Shown: piece by piece, positions 41,176-53,343 of the stretch
How the letters are laid out: each line of letters starts with the position of its first letter
How positions within the stretch are numbered: position 1 is the stretch's first letter
Assembly (NCBI GenBank): GCA_035221665.1
Contig: CM069131.1
Coordinates: 88,536,001 to 88,600,000, forward strand
Length of the DNA: 64,000 bases
Direction of reading: 5' to 3'
Origin: Okamejei kenojei
Lineage: Eukaryota
Position numbers and translations under genes: made by a program
Notes under the pieces: generated by a model
Told to the model about the DNA's origin: nothing
Database searches by the model: none
The model's input: the letters and a program-made list of their open reading frames with translations, nothing else

Positions 41176-42030
41176 CCTATCATGGTTTAATTTAATTTTA
41201 ATTAGTTAATATATTTTAGAACCAAAATATACAGTAAGTGGCATTGAAACATAATTTATAATCCACTTGAGTCATTAATCACAACCACACATACTTCATG
41301 GATTATAATATCGGCTCATTCTTGAAAAAAAATAAACACTTTGCTCTCAAACCTACAGTACATATCCTTAATCATTTTTCAACACATGCCAAGTTAAAAT
41401 AAAACAGAACGTTGTTTTGAGCTGAATATTTCAGTGTATGGTATTTAGTGCAGATGTAAGAAATCTTTGATTTAAAAAAAACATTTATGCATCTGTAGAT
41501 TGGTTACTTTAATTACGAGCCAATGCTTTATTATTATAAGCTCCGCCTACTACCACACTAATCATATTATCGAAACCCGACGTGCAGCCAGTCAGTGCTG
41601 CCATACAGTAATGTAACATACTGTAGTGTGTTGTATGCGTTACTCAATAAATACTGTTGTACCAAATCAGTGAGTATGTTTGATTCACTCAACATGGTGT
41701 CAGAAGTGGTTGACCCACTGCACGTTTAAGTATATCAGTTTTTATTTATTTCCAGTGTTTTGTTTTCACCCATTTGTCCCTCTTCTCGTGTTGCCATGGC
41801 CAGCTCATTCCGTAAAACCTGACCCTCTGATTTTTGACTCAGACCTCACTGAATGTTGCCGGATTTTCGAGCGTGATTTCAACCATTACATTCGCAACGT
41901 TCCACCAGAACACCGTGCCTCTATATTTCTCAATGTCGCTGGCCCACAAGCTATCAAACGAGCAGAGCATTTCGACTATGCTCCTGCAGTTCTGGATCAC
42001 AACAATCAGATCGTGGTACCTACTGAAACT

Positions 42031-42033
<3 letters not shown>

Positions 42034-42068
<35 letters not shown>

Positions 42069-42997
42069 CTTTATTGATCCCCTCAGGGAAATTGAGATGT
42101 CCAAAAGCCAACAACCAACAAACCCACACAGTCAGAACGAAGGCAGACAGAAAATACATAAAATACAATATGGACAATACCTGAAAGCAATAAATACTTA
42201 AAAAGACCCAATAATTAACTACTAAAAATGCAAAGCATCCTCATACAGCCTGGCGGTTAGTATTATAAAATCTAATGGCTGCAGGGGTGAAGGATCTCCT
42301 GAACCGCTCCGTTCTACAGCGCAGGGAGAGGAGCCGGTTGTTGTTCCGTGTGCTCTTTTAACCCTCCAGAATTTCATGGAGGGGGTGCCCGGAGTTGTCG
42401 AGGATGACCTGCACATTTCTCCTCATACTCCTCTCAAGCACATCCACCACAGAGTCCACTCTCCCCCCCAGCATTGAGCTAATTCGTTTTACCAGCTTGT
42501 CTAACTTCTTGCTGTTTTTAGCACTTATGTTGTTGCCCCAGCAGACACAGCGTAAAAAATGACACTTGCAACCACAGTATTGTAAATCATGTACAGCATG
42601 TCATTGCGCACATTGAAGGATCTGAGCCTTCTGAGGAAAAAGAGTCTGCTCTGTCCTTTTTTGTACAGGGCATCGGTGTTGACAGACCAGCCCAGTTTGT
42701 TATCAAGGTGCACTCCCAGATATTTATATGTCTGCATCACCTCAATGTCCACCCCTGCAGTGTTAAATGGCTGAAGGGGGAGCTTGGACCTTCCAAAGTT
42801 AACAATCATCTCTTTAGTCTTGGTTGTATTCAGGATGAGACAGTTCTCTTTACTCCAGACACAGAAAGCACTGGTCAAGTCCCTGTATTCCTCCTCATGT
42901 CCGTTCCTTACACATGCCACAATCGCTGTGTCATCTGAATATTTCTGTATGTGGCATGTGTCAGACTTATATTTGAAGTCTGCAGTATACAGGGTGA
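42034..42997 (-). mobile_element. Rex/Babar-type LINE 3' fragment nested in Gypsy gag
   Basis: FTLYTADF..HIQKYSDDTAIV, YKYLGVHLDNKL, GQSRLFFLRRLRSF; (TTA)n tail at 42034-42064. Confidence 0.85.
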
Positions 42998-45827
42998 AGA
43001 TGTTCCCGAGGTTCAGACAGCTATGTGACCTTCGCGCCAACTCCATATGAAACGTACTAAATTTTTTGCTCAAAACCAGGTGAGACTGTGGAAAACTGCA
43101 TCAGCAATATGAAACGTATTGCTGCACGCTGCCGTTTTGCTAATCTGTGTGATGAACTTGTCCGTGACAGACTGGTGGGTGGAATCCTCAGTGATAAAGT
43201 ATGTGATGAATTACTCCGCGATACTGAACTAATCCTGGCCTGAGCTGAGCATGATTGTTGTATTGCTGAGATCACGACCTCTCACACTAAATCAATGGGG
43301 CCCGGACTGCATTCCTCATACCATGTTGATGCTACTGACACCTCCTACCGTAACCAGTGCTCCCAGCCCCACACATCGTCTCGACTATCTCAAAGGTTCG
43401 TGAATTGTGCATTGCCTTTGCAAAACTATGCATTATTGCAAAAGGAAAAAACATTTCTTTAAATGCTGCCTTACCCGTGGGAATCGCTCACTCCCAAGGC
43501 AGTCTGTGCACCTGTTATAAAATGAAGATTCAGATATCAAGTACCAAGAGTTACCAGCACCTCCTCCAGTCGCCCTTCCCGAGCTTGAAGATAACAATCA
43601 TATACTACCACTAACAAGCAAGTCTACCCTGAAGTCTCACTTCATGTGAACAATACCATTACTGTTGCAAAGATCGACACTGGAGCCAAATATCATGTCA
43701 TTATCTGAATTTACACGGATCAAAAATGCCGAACATATTGTAAACACTTCAGCCACTTTCTTAGCCTACAGGGGAGGGGACGTGCACCCAATTGGAGAAG
43801 CTGAGCTGAACTGCCACCTAACATCTCAAGCTCACAAGCTCAACTTTTTCATTGCCCGTGGGAAAGTTGCAACTCTGCTTGGTGTTAACCCGTGCCAGGA
43901 CCTAGGACTGGTAACTTTTGGGCCTGCTGTCCATCAAATAACTCCTGCCGAGGGTTCCACCCAGCACATACTTTCCCAGTACAAGGAATTATTTGACGAT
44001 AAGCTTGGGAAGCTACCCATCAAATACAACATCGTCACCGATGCAAATGTCCTACCTGTGGTATGAGCACCACACCGCATTCCACGTGCTATGCGTGACA
44101 GCGTACACAATGAGCTCCAGCAGATTATGTCCCTGGGTGTCATTGCCACGGTTACTGACCCATCCCACTGGTTTCCACCATGGTGGTTGCAACAAAGAAA
44201 AACAAAGAAGAAATCCAAATTTGTATCAACCCCAGAGACCTGAACACAGCGATCAAACGCCCGCACTACCCGATGCGCACGTTGGAGGAAGTTGCTGCCC
44301 AGCTAGGCAGTGCCTCGGTAATTTCTGTTCTAGATGCCAAAAGTTTGTTCTGGCAGATCCCGCTGGACCCCGACTCGTCCAATCTCGCCTCGTTCGGAAC
44401 TCCCTTTGGCCATTACAAATTTCTGCGGATGCCCTTTGGCATCAACTCTCCCAGCAAAGTATTCCAATGTACAATGGAACAATTATTTATGGGGTATCCT
44501 TGTGCCATCATTGTCGATGACATTCTCGTTGCTGGATGTGACATGGCTGAACATGATGCCAACTTGAAAAAAATACTGGACAGTGCAAAAGTCATCCATC
44601 ACAAGCTCAACCATCTGAAGTGCAGATTTTGCATCAAGGAGGTCCATTATGTCAGATACATATTCACCAGTGACGGCCTCAGACCTGACCCCTCCAAGAA
44701 CATTGCCATCAATGAGATGCCAGTTCCAACTGACGTGACAAGTTTGCAGAGATTCCTGGGAATGGTTAACTACTTGAGGAAATTAATTCCCAACCTCAGC
44801 AAAATATCTTCTCCCCTGCGACAACTGACTCACAAGGTCTCTGCATGGTCCTGCCAGACAATACTGCTGGGCTTTTGAAATCCTTAAATTATAATTGTCA
44901 AGTGCCCCTACCCTAGCTTATTTTGATTGAAACCTACAGGTGACAATCACGTGTGATGCCTCCCAATATTTACCCAGAGCTGCTTGCCTACAGATTTCTG
45001 CCGAAGGAGACAGCAGGCCCATTGCTTACACCTCCCATACCCTGTTTGAGACTGAACAGCGATACGCCCAGATCGAAAAGGAATTAATCGCCGTGGTTTT
45101 TGCCTGCACAAAATTCAAGGACTTTATTTTTGGTAAGTTCGTGGTTGTTGAAACAGACCACCAACCGTTGGTCACCATTCTGAACAAACCCATTCATGCC
45201 GCTCCTGCTCGCCTACAACGGATGATAGTGCAGCTACAGAGTTTTGATTTTACCCTAGTCTACAAAAAGGGCAAGGACATGCATCCAGCTGACACGCTAT
45301 CAAGAGCCCCATGAACAACCTGCAAATAACAGCCGTATGAAAATGACCAGTTCACAGTAGTGATGGTGTCCTACGTACCTACAGAATGCCTAAGCAACAT
45401 GGCAGAACATACGGCTGCGGATTCAACTCTACGACTACTGTCCTCAGTCATCTGGCATGGCTGGCCGGATAAACAATATCACGCCCCACTTCCTATTCGC
45501 TCATAATACATGGTTTGCGACAAACTGGTACTGCAGGTTACAAAGCAGTCATCCCAGCTGCTCTGCAGGATAAATACTTTGATGCCATCCACAGGGGTCA
45601 CCCCGGCAGGGAAGCAACTTTACTATGTGCAAAGAGCATGTTTTTCTGGCTCGGAATGACCGAGAAAGTTCAAGTCTGTGGCGTCTGCAACAGCCTGATG
45701 CAACACCAACAGAAGCAGCCCCTGCTCTCACACCCTGTTCCTCCTCTGCCTTGGTCTATGCTTGCTACTGACATATTCGAGTGGTATGGCAAACAGTATC
45801 TGGTTCTCGTTGACTCGTATTCAGGTT

Positions 45828-45950
45828 GCTTTATTGTCATTCAGACCTTTCGGTCTGAACGAAATTTCGTTACCTTGCAGTCATAACATGTAATAAATTA
45901 AAACAAAACACACAATAAACACATAATTCAACATCCACCACAGTGAGTTC
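45828..45950 (-). mobile_element. Short LINE/SINE 3'-tail insertion in Gypsy integrase
   Basis: Minus strand gaaatttcg-ttcagacc gaaa ggtctgaa-tgacaataaa; breaks integrase between LVLVDSYSG and HFAVHGAP. Confidence 0.65.
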
Positions 45951-47036
45951 ATGTCGATCCCAGCTGTCGCATCGTCATTTCGCCGTACACGGCGCCCCTG
46001 CATGCCTCTGGTTAGTTAACGGCAGTCAGTTCACTAGCCAGTGTTTCAAAAACTTTGCTCAACGATGGGATTTTCGTCATGTCACAACAGTCCAGAATTC
46101 CCACAGTCAAATGGACTTGCAGAACAGGCTGTCCAGATGCCAAGCAATTAACAGAGCGCCCACACCTTGCCAAATCCGATGTCTACCTGGACCTGCTCAA
46201 CTTAGAAACATCATCCGTGACCCAATACTGGGTTCTCCCGCCCAACGCCTGATATCCCAACAGACCTGTGCTGTACTGCCTGTGCCTCAACAACTATTGC
46301 AACCACAGGTTTGTTCACCACTTGCTGTACAGAAACAACTCCAGCTGAAACCTGCTAAACCTGCAGCTGCAGACCAACCATTGGTTGTGTCTCCAGCTTC
46401 CTCACCACCACGTTTGGTGCCCCGCTTGCCTGCCTCGCCATGTTTGTCCCCGGGTCAACAGTGCTCCCGCCGCATGGGACCCCGGCAATCTCGCCGTTGA
46501 AGGGAGGAGCTATACCGTATGCGCGCGACGGGTTTGTAGGCCACCCCATAGATACGGGGATTTTGTTTGAACCATTTGTACTTCCCTGTATGTGCTATTA
46601 GCATTTTGGGTACTGTTTTAATCAGTCAGCACCTGGTAATGTGTTTGTTCATATATATCAGTTTATTTTAGAAGTGTCTCAATTTTTATTCTTACAAGGA
46701 AAGATGTAGATTGGTTACTTTACTTACTAACCAATGTAATGTTTTATTATTATAAGCTGCGTCTACTACCAACATTCATATTATCGCAACCTGACATGTG
46801 CTGCCAGTCAGTGCTGCCATACAGTAGATGTAACATGCTGTAGTGTGTAGTATGCGTTACTCAATAAATACTGTTGTACCAGTTCAGTGAGTATGTTTGA
46901 TTCATTCAACAGCATCTACTTTTGCGAGCTTTTTGAGCATTATCTCACTTCAGGTGTAACATGCATTCAGCAGATTTCTGTTAAATTGATGCAACCAAAA
47001 CTTTGATTCTTGATGTGGTCTATTTGAATGTCTTAC

Positions 47037-47216
47037 CTCAAAGAGATCAGATGAGTCAGAGCCATAATGATTGGAAATTATTTCCGATTGGTCACTGTAC
47101 CACTTGAGTCCACCTAGAAAATTTTCTGTGTCCAAGTCATTCACATCGAGCTCAGAAAGGTCAAGTTCAGGGAGATCTGAACACAGAGGCTGATCTTCAC
47201 CTACTAAGGCAGCACA
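47037..47216 (-). CDS. PPARGC1A: PGC-1alpha exon 2 (CAALVGEDQPLCSDLPELDLSELDVNDLDTENFLGGLKWYSDQSEIISNHYGSDSSDLFE), acidic activation domain
   Basis: ttttcttcacag acceptor, GAG|GTAAGA donor, 180 nt, phase 0. Near-identical to the recalled PGC-1alpha exon 2 peptide. Confidence 0.97.
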
Positions 47217-50200
47217 CTGTGAAGAAAACAGAACACACTTTAAGATGATTTACTTTACTGAGAAACATTACCTAAGCAGTTCACTACAGCAGTAACCACT
47301 AAGAATTTTCAGCACCTTGCCAAACAATGTTCAGGTTCAGAGTGCCCATGAGATTACTCTTAAGAGACATCCAAGAACGATTTGCGTTACTACCCTTTAG
47401 ATTTTGTTCCTGTTTTATTTTTCAGGTAATTACCTTTGAATTTGAAAACCAAGCTTCAAAGAGAAGTTATTTTTAAATGCTCTCCATAGATTTGTTCAAG
47501 GGTGCATTCATAATAGTGAGGATAAAAGAAGAAGCAAAAAGATACATTGCAACAGAAGGAATGATGGACCTCATGCTTCCACCAAAGAACAAACTTCATT
47601 AGTAACAATTGTTAATGTTGGCATTTTTTTTGGAGATTTTTTAAATAACTGAAGTTTGGAAAAAATGTCTAACCGCACCATTTTGGTTGCAATAATTTTC
47701 CAAGCCATCTCTTGCAACTTGATAAAAGCAATTTATGTTAAAGTGGTTTACTATCAGTATATGCTACCGAAAAGAGGCCAACGAGTTTGGGACTAGGATT
47801 GCACTTCTATTATCCAGAAACTTATCAAATAGTTGCTTTACTAACATCTAAATGGCAAAATACTTCCATCATTTGCTTAGTTTTGCCCGTTTGGTGAATT
47901 GACAATATAAATCAGCTTTTAAATGCTCACTGAGATTAGGAAATTAACTTAAGGAAATTGGGAGTAAAACAGCTGTCCAGATATTCATGTGTATCTCATT
48001 GCCATATCTACACAGTAGTACTAAGCTACTGATTCTTAAATTTTAAACTTCTTTCACATTGCATGATGAACAGTATTGCGTTGTGTTATATTATAAAATA
48101 CTTTCTTAAAATGGAGGCTTTGCTCCATATAATCTAACAGCACAGATTTTTGAAGTGAACATAGCTTGGTCCCAAATGCTTTAACAGTAAATAACCTTGG
48201 ATTCAATTGTGCTGAACTGGATCTACTGGCCAGTCATCACTTGTCATTTCTGCATTTCTGGAATGCATGTGGAGAGCCTATTTCACTGGTCAGCTGCACC
48301 CTTGACTCCTACAGTGTGGTCCATGTGATCCCTTGGCAGCAAACAGCCTGGGGTGGAGGCATCACTTCCAAATTACCCCTGACAACCTCAGCCAGAAATC
48401 AAGCTGGGCACGGAGCTTTGTCATCCATCAATGCTGTCTGCTTTTTAAATGTCTCTGAGATTAATAACTATTAAAATTGAAGTGCCGTTATGTAAAAATG
48501 ATACCACAAGCAAATGATTTATACCACAAAAACACTTGGAACTAACTAAAAGCATTAATTAACAATATAATTTGTTTAAAATTATGTTCCTGTTTGTCTC
48601 CTAAACTGCAGACCTCGAATTCCCATTAAAATCAATAAGGCATCAGATGCTTTGCCAAGGCTGACCTGGCATGGGATCCTAGTGGTGGTTCCCCAGTTTA
48701 ATACAGGGGAATCCCTGCAAGGTTGTGTCCCGCTTTTGGAGTGAATGCACAGTGCAGTGGCAAAACAAACCAGCTGGCTCATCTCCTGCCCGATCCAGAC
48801 CGTGCTGAACTGCTATCCACAGCCAGCTTGGCTTGGCTGATGTTTCTCAGTATTTGTCTTTAGACAATTATTTAACGATCAAGCAATGCACAAAGATGTC
48901 TTTATTTCCTGAGCATTGTTCAGTTTCCAGTTTGACATGGTATTTGATGGTTAAAGCCACTGAATGATAGCAGCTTCAGGAAAGGACTGCAGAACTCAAT
49001 TCAGTGACATCAAAAACCCAGAGAGCTGACCACAATTCACTACTCCCCATTCATAAGTAATATCACTAGAACACCACTTTAATATATCACAACATGGGGA
49101 GTTCCACAGAAACCACTTGTGCTCAAGATGCACCTACACAACATAAATCAGGAAACCCAGGGTCATAGTCTGGCTACAACATTTACGATTATGTGATCAT
49201 TCCACTGGTCTGATCCTTTTCTAACTAAAATTCCAGATTGCATAAAATAGGTTAGATTTTATAACAGAGATCAGAGATTGAACAAGATTGCCTGTTACAC
49301 ATCATATTCACCTTTGCCCCTAATGAATTTCAAGGGCAATCGAACAATAATTGTCCACAACACCAGTTTATACTGTACCTCCATTATAAAATTCAAAATA
49401 TACACATGGTACAAATATACATATGATACATTCTTATAGGATTGATATTTTCCCAAAATCTGCTGCCCTTCAAAAATAAAGGCTTCAATAGGTTATCGGC
49501 AAGATTACAAAATATACTTTTAATGAATCACATTAAATGTTGCACTCTTCCCCTTGTTCACTCACAAATCGAACACATGACAGAAGAAAAGCAAGTTTGC
49601 AAACGGACTGACGAAAAAACCATGGCCAAAATCCATTATTTGAACAAACCACTCAGCTGCTTATAAACAAATAGAACCTCAGGGGCATCAAGATGTCAGT
49701 GGTGAAAAATGTACATAGTGTGTGTAGTTGCGAAGCATAAATATAAGAAGCATGCAATAATACAAATGCACTTCGTACGCATGCAAAAATATAAAAGTAT
49801 TGGAATGCAACAACAAAAGCACATGAATGATTATACATCTTCTGCTTCATGGAACATAATATTAATTCTAAAAATGTGTCTCGTGGTTAGTTGCAACCTT
49901 ACTGCCAAATGAATATTTCTGTAGTGGAACGTGAACACCTAAAACCCCCTCGCTGAGCCAAAAACGTATGACAGGCATACACGGGAGAGCAGCTGTGAAC
50001 CTGCCTGCTTTTTTTTCATGAATTGTTCCCATGCAGGTGATACAGATTTGATATATTAGTGCCTATTTTTACACCTCCAGCAGCAGCGTATTCATACAAA
50101 CAGACTGAAGCAGTCACATTCCTAGTGTGGATTGTGTGAATCTTATGGTTGGAAGGGAGTTATTTGGGAGGTAAGCTGTGAAACCTCAAAATAATTAAAT

Positions 50201-50731
50201 TTGGAACATTATCAGCACCGTAACAATTACATTTTTTTTAAATAAAACGCATTGTTCACACATTGAGCTAAGATATCTAATTGACTCAAACACATTGTTG
50301 ATGCACTTCCAGCAGATTTCCAAATGACCAGCAGGATTTTAGGTTATAACTGGATCTTGACACAATTGTTTCAGAAATGAGAATTAAAATAAAAGAAGTT
50401 ACTGTCACTTTCCACAGCATTGAAAATCACATGACATGTGACTGCATTCCAAATGAAGGAGGCAGATAAACAGATGATGGAATTTCTATCCTGCTTAAAA
50501 TACTTCAGAGAAGTTTTACGTTGAGGTCACAAAAAAAAGTTCAACAAAGCCAGTTCATCTTGAAATATAATAAAAGCATCAGTCTACTTGCCTGTGGCAT
50601 TGCCTCAATCAATTATTGGTAGAACAAGTTCAGGACAGTTGAGGTTTAGGTGAGTACACTTTTAAGTAGTATTCTCTGATCATTCCTACTTATTCCTGCT
50701 GCAAAGATCACTGAATCGTGTTACTGCTCAC

Positions 50732-50779
50732 CTCTGTTTCACTCCACTCAAAGCTTTGGTTGCACCTGTCCCGCTCCAT
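50732..50779 (-). CDS. PPARGC1A: PGC-1alpha exon 1 coding part (MERDRCNQSFEWSETE)
   Basis: Minus strand reads gagctga-ATG GAG CGG GAC AGG TGC AAC CAA ... GAA ACA GAG|GTGAGC. 48 nt, phase 0. Resembles vertebrate MAWD(M/R)CNQ..W..E and lies directly below a conserved promoter. Confidence 0.9.
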
Positions 50780-50791
50780 TCAGCTCGTGGC

Positions 50792-50848
50792 TTAAAATCT
50801 CAATAAATCCACACACACACACAGGCACACACACACACACACACACAT
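50792..50848 (-). other. Short uORF (18 codons) ending 12 nt before the main ATG
   Basis: ATG 50848, MCVCVCVCLCVCVDLLRF*, TAA at 50794-50792. Confidence 0.6.
50810..50847. repeat. Interrupted (CA)n/(TG)n microsatellite in the PPARGC1A 5'UTR
   Basis: Two CA runs separated by 'gg', read directly. Confidence 0.95.
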
Positions 50849-51564
50849 AGGCGCACACCCACACCCACAGAAAGCACATGTGTGGTGCCGGCCCCATACA
50901 GAGATTGAACTGAAGGCACCTGACTTACTACTACACTAACGCTACTGTTTAGTATCACATGACAAGGTTATTAAAAGTAGCTGTGCTGTCAGTCAGAAGT
51001 ACTGTTCCATGATAAAACAAATGACGTATTAAGAGGGTGGAGTTACAAAGTGCAGTCAATCTTTAAACTACTCAACCTTTGAGTCTTCAGACCCAGGCTG
51101 TGATTAAATCCACTGTTTCAAGGCACACCTTTCATTAGCATGCTACAGATAAAGAAATTCACTCGTAAAATAACCTACTTTTATAATCTTGAAATACTTT
51201 ATAGAACATGAGATAAACACTATTACTGTAATTGTAAATTGACTTTTACTATATTTTGTAAAATCAGAAGCTTGTTTCATAAAACAGCATTTGTAGAGAT
51301 CACACAATACAAAATGCTTTTATTATGTATCCCTTTCCCACTTTACACACAATGAAACTCATACGAATTGTAACGCTGAAGTATCAAACTAAATAAATAA
51401 ATATGAATCTTGTTTTTCTCTGTTAGGTGGAGACACAAATCAGATTTCCATAAATTCATTGAAGATCATCTGACCACGTACTTCACCGAAACATACACAC
51501 TTCAAAAGGAACATAACAAAAAAGCACAGCTCATCTGTGTTGATAGTCAAAATACTGTGGTACA

Positions 51565-53330
51565 ATAGAACATAGTACATAGAACAGTACAGCACAGAAA
51601 CAGGTCCTTCAGCCCACAATGTCCATGCTGAACAAATGCCAAGACCAATTCTTTCTGCCTGCACATAATCCATATTCCTTCATTCCCTGCATATTTATAT
51701 GCCTACCCAAAAGTCTCTTAAATGCCACTATCGTAGCTGCCTCAACCACCACCCCAGGCAACATATTCCGGGCACTCACCATCCTCTGTGTAAAAAAACG
51801 TATCCCACGCATTTTATTTAAAGTTTGCCCCTCTCACCTTAAAGCTTAGCATTTATAGACAATAGACAATAGAAAACAAGTGCAGGAGTAGGCCATTCGG
51901 CCCCTCGAGCCAGCACCGCCATTCAATATGATCATGGCTGACCATCCACAATCAGTACCCCGTTCCTGCCTTCTCCCCATATTCCTTGACTCCGCTATCT
52001 TTAAGAGCTCTGTCCAGCTCTCTCTTGAAAGGATCCAGAGAACCGGCCTCCACCACCCTCTGAGGCAGAGAATTCCACAGACATTTGATTTTTTGACTGT
52101 CTACCCTTTCTATGTCTCTCATAATGTTATATACTTCCGTTAGTTCTCCACGCAAACTGTAATTCCAGAGAAAACAATCCAAGTCTGTTCAACCTCTACC
52201 AATAGTTCATACCCCCTATTCCAGACATCATTATGGTAGACCTCCTCTGCACACTTTCGAAAGCGTCCACATTCTTCTTGTAATGGTGTGATCAGAACTG
52301 CATGCAATATTTCAAATGTAGCCTAACCAACATTTTGTAACCAAACTCGCAGACTTACTGCAGCATTTTGGGTCTATCTCTGTCATTTCTCCATCCATTT
52401 CTACAGCAGATCTATATCCCACTGTATACTTTGACAGCCTTCCTCGCAATCCTGGACCCTGGCAATCTTGGTGTCATCTGCCAACTTACTAACTAACTAA
52501 CTAATGGTCACAGACCTCCAACGGGAATATTGTCCTTCAACCCCAACCCCCTCTGCCTTCTATGATTAAGGCAATTTTGAATCCACATGACCAAGTCACT
52601 GTAAATCCTGTGCATTTTAATCTTCTGGATCAGCCTACCATGGGGGACGTTATCAAATCCCTGCAAAAAACATCCACCTAGTGTCATTGATCACCTTTGT
52701 TACCACTTCAAAAAACTTGATCAAGTTTGTAAGATATGACCTGCCATGTACAAACCCATGTTGACTGTCTCTAATAATCATAAGATCATGCGAAAGGAGT
52801 GGAATTAGGCCATTTGGCCCATCAATTCTACTCTGCCATTCAATCATTGCTGATCTACCTCTCTCTCCTCACCCCGTTCTCCTGCCTTCACCCCAAACCT
52901 CTGACACCTGTATTAATCAATAATCTATCTATCTCTGCCTTAAATATATCCACTGACGTTGCCTCCACAGCCTTCTGTGGCAAAGAATTCCATAGATTCA
53001 CCAACCTCTGACTAAATAAATTTCTCCTCATCTCCTTACTAAAAGAACATACTTTAATTCTTTAATGAGTTCCCCTCATTCTTCCAAACTTAAGCGAATA
53101 TAGGCCCAGTGCTGTCAAACGCTCATCATATGTTAACCTACTCTTTCCTGGGATCATTCTTGTAAACCTCCTCTGGCCCTCTTCAGAGTCAGCCCATACT
53201 TCCTCAGATATGGGGCCCACTATTGCTCACAATATTCCAAATGTGGCCTTACCAGCGCCTTATAAAGCCTCAGCATTATATCCCTGTTTTTGTAATCTAG
53301 TCCTCTTGAAATAAATGCTTGCATTGCCAA
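51565..53330 (-). mobile_element. Nested CR1 LINE fragments just upstream of the promoter
   Basis: RFFTQRMVSARNMLP, LWNSLPQRVVEAGSL, RDSQHGFVHGRSYLTNLIKFFE; at least three 3' ends (~51565, ~51855, ~52780). Confidence 0.85.
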
Positions 53331-53343
53331 CATTTATTACTTA

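Larger units (their letters stand above)
41494..46911 (+). mobile_element. Full-length but decayed Gypsy (Mag-like) LTR retrotransposon
   Basis: LTRs 41494-41694 and 46705-46911 (TG...CA); 5-bp TSD GCATC; PBS TGGTGTCAGAAGTGG (tRNA-Leu) 41695-41709; PPT aaggaaaga. Broken gag, protease (KIDTGA), RT (IIVDDIL), RNase H (TCDAS, YAQIEKE, ETDHQPL) and integrase (HRGHPG, LVLVDSYS). Confidence 0.95.
50748..50897 (-). other. Overlapping uORF (49 codons from ATG 50897; in-frame second ATG at 50879), out of frame with and running past the main ATG
   Basis: Hand translation MGPAPHMCFLWVWVCAYVCVCVCVPVCVCGFIEILSHELNGAGQVQPKL*, with TGA at 50750-50748. Confidence 0.65.
50780..51030 (-). promoter_or_regulatory. 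PPARGC1A: PPARGC1A proximal promoter and 5'UTR
   Basis: Minus-strand blocks TGACAGCACAGCTACTTTTAATAACCTTGTCATGTGA and GTAGTAAGTCAGGTGCCTTCAGTTCA closely match the mammalian promoter/5'UTR as I recall it. CRE-like TGACGTAT 51022-51029, TATA-like TTTTAATAA 50968-50976, M-box TCATGTGA 50955-50962. Confidence 0.85.

Noticed and set aside
41680-42201. 173-aa ORF with a poly-Asn run
   Set aside because: Chimera of Gypsy gag start and the (AAT)n tail of the nested LINE.
1652-50779. Assignment to paralogues PPARGC1B or PPRC1
   Set aside because: Exon peptides (CAALVGEDQPLC, DEDGLPSFDALTDG, EAEEPSLLKKLLLAPAN), exon sizes 180/195/123 and promoter blocks fit PGC-1alpha.
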